Source of the DNA: an uncultured delta proteobacterium
Lineage (GTDB): Bacteria; Myxococcota_A; Polyangia; Haliangiales; Haliangiaceae
Assembly: GCA_963848295.1 (NCBI GenBank)
Contig: CAWKDB010000011.1
Location: 608,001 to 672,000 of the forward strand
DNA length: 64,000 nucleotides
Direction of reading: 5' to 3'
Positions 56,886-64,000 of the stretch are shown one piece after another. A program made the translations under genes and the position numbers. Each line of letters opens with the position of its first letter. Position 1 is the first letter of the stretch. Under the pieces are notes generated by a model. It ran no database searches. It was not told the origin of the DNA and saw only the letters and a list, made by a program, of their open reading frames with translations.

Positions 56886-57475
56886 GGAGCCGGCGCGGGC
56901 GCGGGCGCGGCCGACCCGGTCGACGGCGGCGGCGCGGCGCTGCCCGGCGCGGCACCAGGTGCGGCCGGCGGCGCGGCGGTGGTCGGCACGTTCGCCACCT
57001 CGTATTGCTTGAGCGCGTCGTGGATGTTCGACGCCAGGGCATCGACCTTCTCGCCGACGTACCCGGGCAAGCTCGGATCATCCGGCGTCAGCTGATCGGG
57101 GTTCGGGCGGCCGGCGATGTAGCGCAACAACACCGGCGTGACCTGAACGACCCACGAGTCGCCATCGGGCAGCAGCTTCGCGACCAGCACGATGTTGAGG
57201 CTGCGGTCCGGAAGGTCCCGCGTGTCGCGCTCGGACGCGGCGAGCCCCTCGGGCGTGTACCACCGGCCCGTGGTCTGCATCCCGAGCGTCGTCTCGTCCG
57301 ACTTGTCGAGCTTGTACTTGTCCTCGACCGCGCCGCGCATCGCGTTGTAGATCGCGAGCTTGTCGCCGCGATAGTGCGCCGCCTTGACGGCCTTGAGCTG
57401 GGTCGACGAAGGCCCGCACGCGCCGAGCGCGAGGGCGACCAGCGCGGCGAGACGAAACACGTTCGGGTTACGCAT
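56882..57475 (-). CDS. Hypothetical lipoprotein (paralog A)
   Basis: LGAC lipobox; CGPSSTQLKAVKAAHY..GRPNPDQLTPDDPSLP. Confidence 0.75.
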   Translation of the reverse strand: MRNPNVFRLAALVALALGACGPSSTQLKAVKAAHYRGDKLAIYNAMRGAVEDKYKLDKSDETTLGMQTTGRWYTPEGLAASERDTRDLPDRSLNIVLVAKLLPDGDSWVVQVTPVLLRYIAGRPNPDQLTPDDPSLPGYVGEKVDALASNIHDALKQYEVANVPTTAAPPAAPGAAPGSAAPPPSTGSAAPAPAPAP

Positions 57476-57537
57476 CGGCGATTCGTACAACGCTTCCGCC
57501 CCGCGAATCCAGCGCACGGGAGCGTTTCGCCCGGCGA

Positions 57538-58050
57538 TCACGTACCGGGAGCTGCGCCCGGCGGACCGGCAACGAACTGTTTCGCGTTCGCGTAGATCTC
57601 GAGCGCGAGCGTATCGGCGCGGCCGAGCACGAACGGCGGCAGGTACGGATCGTCAGGCTTGAGCTCGCGTGGCTGCGGGCTGCCGCTCACGACTTGCAGC
57701 GTCCGCGGCGTGACGACGACCGAGAAGCCGATATCGGCAGGTACGACGTGGACGATCAGCGTGACCTGGACGCTGCCGCCGCGGACCTGCGTCCAGCCGT
57801 CAGCACCCTCCGATTCGAGATCGCCGGTCGAGCTGTAGAATCGCGGGATCGTCGCGAACATCAGCTGGTCCTCGTTCACCTCGCCGACCTTGTATTCGAG
57901 CTTCGCGGTCTCGATCGCGAGCTGGAGCAGCTGCTTCGGATCCGCGGTGTAACGCGCGGTCTTCGCGGTCCTCAGCTCGGCGTTCGAAGGACCACATCCG
58001 GCGATCGCGAGCGCACCCGCCACGCCGACCACGACCCAAAAGCGCTTCAT
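57538..58050 (-). CDS. Hypothetical lipoprotein (paralog B)
   Basis: IAGC lipobox; CGPSNAELRTAKTARY..GSPQPRELKPDDPYLP. Confidence 0.75.
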   Translation of the reverse strand: MKRFWVVVGVAGALAIAGCGPSNAELRTAKTARYTADPKQLLQLAIETAKLEYKVGEVNEDQLMFATIPRFYSSTGDLESEGADGWTQVRGGSVQVTLIVHVVPADIGFSVVVTPRTLQVVSGSPQPRELKPDDPYLPPFVLGRADTLALEIYANAKQFVAGPPGAAPGT

Positions 58051-58107
58051 AGGCCGATCGTACGGCGGCCACGCGAGCGCGTCTACCCCACGTGGTAGCG
58101 TCGCCGA

Positions 58108-58899
58108 ATGCGAGCGCTGATCACGGGCGCGTCGAGCGGCATCGGGGCCGCGATCGCGCGCGAGCTGGCTACCCGCGGGATCGATGTCGTGCTCACCGCC
58201 CGGTCGCGCGACGCGCTCGATCGCGTCGCGGCGGAGTGCACCGCGCTCGGCGTCAAGGCCGAGGTCGTCGTCGGCGATCTCGGCACACCCGGCGCCGTGG
58301 CGACGCTGTGGCATGCGGCGCGCGCGAGCGGCGAGCTCGACATCGTCGTCAACAACGCGGGGTTTGGCTATTTTCGCCCGTTCGCCGATATCGACTGGGC
58401 GCGTGACGCCGAGCTGCTGCAGCTCGATATCGTGGCGCTGGTCGAGCTGTCGAAGGCGTTCGTCCGCGACGGCGAGCGCGGCTACCTGCTCAACATCGCG
58501 TCGACCGCCGCGTATCAGTCGGTACCGAACATGGCGGTGTACTCGGCGGCGAAGGCGTTCGTGCGCAACTTCACCGAAGGCGTGCACGACGAGTTGCAGG
58601 GCAGCGCGAAGTCGGCGACGTGCGTGTGTCCCGGCGGGACGACGACCGCGTTCCACGCGATGGCCGGCGCGGGCAACTATAGCTGGCTCGCGAATCGTTC
58701 GATGCTGACCGCCGAGCACGTCGCCGCGATCGCGGTGCGCGCGATGTTGCGGAAGAAGCGCACCGTGATCTCCGGGTTCCTGAACAAGCTGTCGTGCTTC
58801 GGCGTGCGGTTCTTGCCGCGCTGGCTCGCGTCGTGGATGAGCCGGCGCGTGCTCGGCAAGCCGCGCGCCGGCGCGTTACCACCGAGGGCCGTCGCATGA
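58108..58899 (+). CDS. SDR-family oxidoreductase
   Basis: TGASSGIG; NNAG; IAS; YSAAK. Confidence 0.93.
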   Translation: MRALITGASSGIGAAIARELATRGIDVVLTARSRDALDRVAAECTALGVKAEVVVGDLGTPGAVATLWHAARASGELDIVVNNAGFGYFRPFADIDWARDAELLQLDIVALVELSKAFVRDGERGYLLNIASTAAYQSVPNMAVYSAAKAFVRNFTEGVHDELQGSAKSATCVCPGGTTTAFHAMAGAGNYSWLANRSMLTAEHVAAIAVRAMLRKKRTVISGFLNKLSCFGVRFLPRWLASWMSRRVLGKPRAGALPPRAVA

Positions 58900-59915
58900 C
58901 CACCGAACCACTCAACGCACGGCATTGGCGCGACGATCAGCGCGGCGTCTACGAGGTCTGGTACCTGACGTGGAACCATCCCGACGGCACCGGCTACTGG
59001 CTGCGCTACACCACCGACGCGCCGTCGGACGGCGAGCCCGCGATCGCCGAGCTGTGGTTCGCGCGGTTCGATCCGGCGCGGCCCGAGCGCACGTTCGGTG
59101 TCCATCGCAGATTCGACGCGATCGAGCTCGTGTCCGAGAAGTCTCCGTTCGAGCTCGCGATCGGCGCGAGCCGGCTCGGCCACGACCGGGCGATCGGCGA
59201 GCTGTCGGGCGACGGCCACGACATTCGCTGGGACCTGCGCTGGGACCCGGCGGTGCGCGAGCTGCGCCAGTTGCCGGACGTCATGTACGCGCGCGGCGGC
59301 CTCGGCGAGACCACGGTCTTATCGCCAAACCCTCGGGTGTCGATGTCCGGTCGGCTCGAGATCGACGGCGAGGTGCTCGACTTCCATCGCGCGGTGCTCG
59401 GCCAGACCCACCTGTGGGGCAAGAAGCACGCGCTGAGCTGGACGTGGGCGCGCTGCGCCGAGCTCGCGGGCGCTCCCGACGGCGTGATCGAGCTACTCGG
59501 CGTCAAGCTCCAGCGCCGCGGCGTCACGCTGCCGACGCTCGTCGTCGCGACGCTCGATCTCGACGGCGAGCGCCATCACTTCAATCAGTTTCGCCACACG
59601 CTCGGCAACCGCGGCACGTGGCGGACCGGCCGCAGCGAATTTACGCTGAAGAACGCGACCACCAAGGTCGAGGGTGAATTCGTGTGCTCGCACCATCAGC
59701 TCGTCGAAGCGCCGTATGTCGATCCGGATGGCACGCGCGTCTACTGCGCGAACACCGAGATCGGCGACGCGCGCCTCGTGATCTCGAAGCGAGCCGGCCT
59801 CGGCTGGCGCGAGGCCCGCAGGCTCGAGTCCCTCGGCCGCGCGCACTTCGAGACCGGCGGACGCGAGCGCGATCGCGCGGTGGTTCACGAGCACGTCTTG
59901 GTCCGATCGGTGTAG
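58896..59915 (+). CDS. Tocopherol-cyclase-like / hydroxyneurosporene-synthase-like beta-rich protein
   Basis: YEVWYLT..GYWLRYT; GQTHLWGKKHA.SWTW; Y.DPDG...YC.NTE; start overlaps the SDR stop. Confidence 0.65.
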   Translation: MTTEPLNARHWRDDQRGVYEVWYLTWNHPDGTGYWLRYTTDAPSDGEPAIAELWFARFDPARPERTFGVHRRFDAIELVSEKSPFELAIGASRLGHDRAIGELSGDGHDIRWDLRWDPAVRELRQLPDVMYARGGLGETTVLSPNPRVSMSGRLEIDGEVLDFHRAVLGQTHLWGKKHALSWTWARCAELAGAPDGVIELLGVKLQRRGVTLPTLVVATLDLDGERHHFNQFRHTLGNRGTWRTGRSEFTLKNATTKVEGEFVCSHHQLVEAPYVDPDGTRVYCANTEIGDARLVISKRAGLGWREARRLESLGRAHFETGGRERDRAVVHEHVLVRSV

Positions 59916-59927
59916 GCTGCGCCGGCG

Positions 59928-61046
<1,119 letters not shown>

Positions 61047-61052
61047 GTGACC

Positions 61053-61439
61053 ATGACGACCTTCCCCGCCGATCTCCGCTACACCAACGACCACGAATGG
61101 CTGCGCCCGCAAGGCGCGAGCTGGCGCGTGGGCATCACCCAGTTCGCAGTCGATCAGCTCGGCGACATCACGCTCGTCGATCTACCGAAGCCCGGTGACC
61201 TCGTCACGAAGGGCCAGCGGTTCGGCACGATCGAGAGCGTCAAGAGCGTCTCGGATCTGTACGCTCCGGTGTCGGGCCGGGTCGCGGCGGTCAACCCCGC
61301 GCTCAAGGACTCGCCGGAGCTCGTCAACAACGAGCCGTACGGCGGCGGCTGGATGATCGATCTCGAGCCGACCGAGAAGTCGGAGACCGACGAGCTGCTT
61401 TCGCCCGACGCGTATTCGAAGCACGTCGCCGCTCAATAG
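61053..61439 (+). CDS. gcvH: Glycine cleavage system H protein
   Basis: YTNDHEW; GITQFA..QLGDI; IESVKSVSDLYAPVSG (lipoyl-Lys). Confidence 0.97.
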   Translation: MTTFPADLRYTNDHEWLRPQGASWRVGITQFAVDQLGDITLVDLPKPGDLVTKGQRFGTIESVKSVSDLYAPVSGRVAAVNPALKDSPELVNNEPYGGGWMIDLEPTEKSETDELLSPDAYSKHVAAQ

Positions 61440-61467
61440 GGTGCGCCGCCGCGTCAGCGGCGCACCT

Positions 61468-63675
61468 TCACCGCGCCCCGCGCATCTCGTGCGTATGTCC
61501 TTGCTCGCGTTCTCTAGCGCACGCGCTCGAAGCTCCGGCGCACTGGATCCGCAGCTCCGCCGAGTAGTCCGGCGAGCGAAACCGGTCGTACGCGGCGAGC
61601 GCCGCATCGGCTTCGCTGCGATGCAACCCGGCGAGCGCGGTCGCCTGGCTGCGCAGCAGATCCGGATCGCGCGGCGAGAGCTCGAGCCCGGTCGTGGCCG
61701 CCGCGAGCGCGCCGGTGTCGTCGGCGACCGAGCCGAGGCAGCGCGCGAGCAGCTTCCACGCGGTGCTGTTGCCCGGCGCCTTCGCCGCGACCGCGCGCGA
61801 CGGGGCGACCGCGTCGCCCCAACGCCAGACTCGCATCAGCGCGTCGGCTGCCACCGCATCGAGCACCGCGGGCCCCGGCTTCGGCAACAGCTCGCGCGCC
61901 CGGCCGACGAGCGCGAGCGCGTCATCCACCCTGCCTTGCTTGGCCGCGACCTCGGCGAGCTGCACCAGGATCATCGCGCGCGGCTTGTCCGCCGGCGCGA
62001 TCGCGAGCGCGGCCTCGAGCACGGTGCGGGCCTCGTCGAGTCGTTCGCTCACGGTCGCGACCAGCGCCATGCCGTGCTCGTACTCGCGCTCCCAGGCAGG
62101 ACGTGCGGTCGAGATCGCGGCGCCAGCGCCGAGCTCGATCCGAGTCTGGGCGATCAACGTGATCGGCTGCGGTTTGCACGGATCGAGCACGACATCGCGC
62201 GCTCCGCGAGCGCCGGCGATGAACGCCTTGCCCGCCGGGGTCTTCGATTCGGTGCAGACCGTCGCCTGCATCCGCAGCGTGCGACTGCGGTGGCGCAGGC
62301 GCGCCGATGCGACCAGCGGCAGCTGCGCCGCGGTCAGCGACTTCGGCACGGTGAACGCGTAGCGCACGACTTGAGCCTCGCGCGCCGCGAGCGTCTGGGT
62401 CGCGATCTGGGTCCGGAACTCGGCGAGCTGATGCTGGTCGAGCTGCTCGCCCTTGTCGTCGACGACGAGCGTGCGCAGGACGTGGGCGTCATCGTCTGCC
62501 GGGTCGCGCTCGTGATCGAGCCCGGAGCTCGCGACCAGCGCGCCGGCGTGATCGCGAACCTCGACTTCGATCCAGGTGTCCTGGATGTCGAGCACGCCGC
62601 CCGGGAAGCGGTGGCCGACGAGCAGATTGCGCACGACGACATCGAGCTCGATCCGTGCCCCGGCGACGACGGGCGCACCATCGGCCGGCAGGTGCCAGAT
62701 CTTCTGGCCGTTGCCGCCATCGAGCCGGGCGCCCGCGATATCGATCGAGGCCGCGCCCTCGAGCTTGGCTTGCATCCGCCGGACCTGCGCGGTGTCGCCA
62801 CGCATCGCCGCCATCCAGGTGTGGCCGCCCATGAAGCGATGCGACGCGATCGTGCCGTCCTTCGCGCCATACTCGTCCTTCGACGCCGCCTCGCGCTCCA
62901 TGTGGCAGTCGATGCACGTCTTCGACGTCACCTGATCGACGCGCGCCATGCCGTTCCCGGTCCACGCCGAGTTGCGCCACGCGCCCGGCTCGTCGATGCC
63001 GGTCAGGTGCACGGGCAGGCCCATGTCCGGCGACAAGAATCCGCGATGACAGCCGACACACAGCTCGGGGCCGAGCGCCTTCACCGAGACTTGCGCCTTG
63101 TGCTTCGCGATCGACGCGGCATCGCCGAGCACCGGCTGGACGAGCGGCACGCGCGACCACGTGTAGCTGCCGTTGCCGTCCTTGCTGACCGCTTCGATGC
63201 CGTGGCACAGCCGACAAGTCACGCCGGAGTGCGCCCGCAGATCCGCCGCGGGAATCGCCGCCGAGCCGGTCAGCAAGCCGTCGACCATCAGCGGCATGTC
63301 ATGGCAGCCGCCGCAGTGCTGGCTCACGGCCTTGCCCATTTGCTTGCGCGCGAGCTCGACGTTGACCCGGTAGATCGGATTGCCGAACGACGCGAACGAG
63401 TGCGCGCTCGTCGCCCACTGTGCCGCGGCGTCGGGGTGACAGCTCGAACAGCTGTCGACATCCGCCAGCATCGTGCCATCGCTGATCCCGCTGGTGTTGT
63501 TCGCACCGTCGATCGTGACCAGGCTCGGGCCGAACACGCCCGGGCGGCGCGGCATCCGCGGTGCAACGACCGCGATCTTGCCGGTCTTGGCGTCGTGCGG
63601 TCGCGCGACCTCGTCGGGGCCGCCGCACGCCGCAGTCGCGGCAACGAGCACGAGGAAGACGGCGCGGGCGGTCAT
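61468..63675 (-). CDS. Pentaheme c-type cytochrome lipoprotein with C-terminal TPR repeats
   Basis: TAAC lipobox; five CxxCH motifs (CSSCH, CGGCH, CRLCH, CVGCH, CIDCH); GHRFPGG; TPR-like helices. Confidence 0.9.
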   Translation of the reverse strand: MTARAVFLVLVAATAACGGPDEVARPHDAKTGKIAVVAPRMPRRPGVFGPSLVTIDGANNTSGISDGTMLADVDSCSSCHPDAAAQWATSAHSFASFGNPIYRVNVELARKQMGKAVSQHCGGCHDMPLMVDGLLTGSAAIPAADLRAHSGVTCRLCHGIEAVSKDGNGSYTWSRVPLVQPVLGDAASIAKHKAQVSVKALGPELCVGCHRGFLSPDMGLPVHLTGIDEPGAWRNSAWTGNGMARVDQVTSKTCIDCHMEREAASKDEYGAKDGTIASHRFMGGHTWMAAMRGDTAQVRRMQAKLEGAASIDIAGARLDGGNGQKIWHLPADGAPVVAGARIELDVVVRNLLVGHRFPGGVLDIQDTWIEVEVRDHAGALVASSGLDHERDPADDDAHVLRTLVVDDKGEQLDQHQLAEFRTQIATQTLAAREAQVVRYAFTVPKSLTAAQLPLVASARLRHRSRTLRMQATVCTESKTPAGKAFIAGARGARDVVLDPCKPQPITLIAQTRIELGAGAAISTARPAWEREYEHGMALVATVSERLDEARTVLEAALAIAPADKPRAMILVQLAEVAAKQGRVDDALALVGRARELLPKPGPAVLDAVAADALMRVWRWGDAVAPSRAVAAKAPGNSTAWKLLARCLGSVADDTGALAAATTGLELSPRDPDLLRSQATALAGLHRSEADAALAAYDRFRSPDYSAELRIQCAGASSACAREREQGHTHEMRGAR

Positions 63676-64000
63676 GGCGATGCGGACGGTGCCATGAACG
63701 GCACGCGGATCTGCGGCGCATGGCGCGCCTTCTTGAACCCGATTTCCCATAGATCGCGGCCGATCATCGCGGCGAGCGGCAGCTTACCGCGTGGTGCGAA
63801 CGCGAGGTTGCTCGCGGCGATCGTGGAGTCGTCCTCGCCGTTCGGCGGCCCGCCCCAGATGTTGCGCTCCGGCCGGGTGCACGCGATCGGCCCCGACCAG
63901 TGATGGCGAATCGCGTAGCGCGCTTGAAAGTAGTTCTCCTGCGACGGCACCGCGCCGTACTCGATCCCCGCGCGACTCCATTCCTCTCGGCCGCCGGTGA
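63672..64000 (-). CDS. C-terminal part of a DUF2330-like protein (runs off the window)
   Basis: NYFQARYAIRHHWSGPIAC..WGGPP; stop overlaps the cytochrome start. Confidence 0.65.
   Translation of the reverse strand, partial: TGGREEWSRAGIEYGAVPSQENYFQARYAIRHHWSGPIACTRPERNIWGGPPNGEDDSTIAASNLAFAPRGKLPLAAMIGRDLWEIGFKKARHAPQIRVPFMAPSASP

Overview
High-GC bacterial chromosome segment. The gene content (FHA-sigma54 activator, many Cys-lipoproteins, DUF2330, Gld-like ABC cluster) suggests Myxococcota; this is an inference. About 58 genes, mostly housekeeping: aroA, hisC, guaB, guaA, glnD, polA, plsX, gcvT, gcvH, panE, a Grx4 fusion and a DsbD-like protein. The standout locus is 10448-13030. There a group II intron (RT/maturase, no endonuclease) sits exactly at the start codon of a zinc-finger/bacterial-histone gene. 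It leaves an ATG at both junctions and is itself one open frame from the host ATG to 8 nt before the second ATG. Other non-obvious signals: (1) a candidate sigma54/enhancer-driven hairpin sRNA directly downstream of the FHA-EBP gene (~1370-1576); (2) a dispersed hexamer-repeat element whose tracts encode lipoprotein signal-peptide h-regions; (3) a perfect 26-bp inverted repeat; (4) in-frame palindromic inserts in proteins; (5) pervasive TAnnnT-N5-7-start (leaderless-type) gene starts. Clustered frameshifts in guaB/guaA (24.4-27.7 kb) are most likely assembly errors. Family names come from motif recognition only; no database searches were run.
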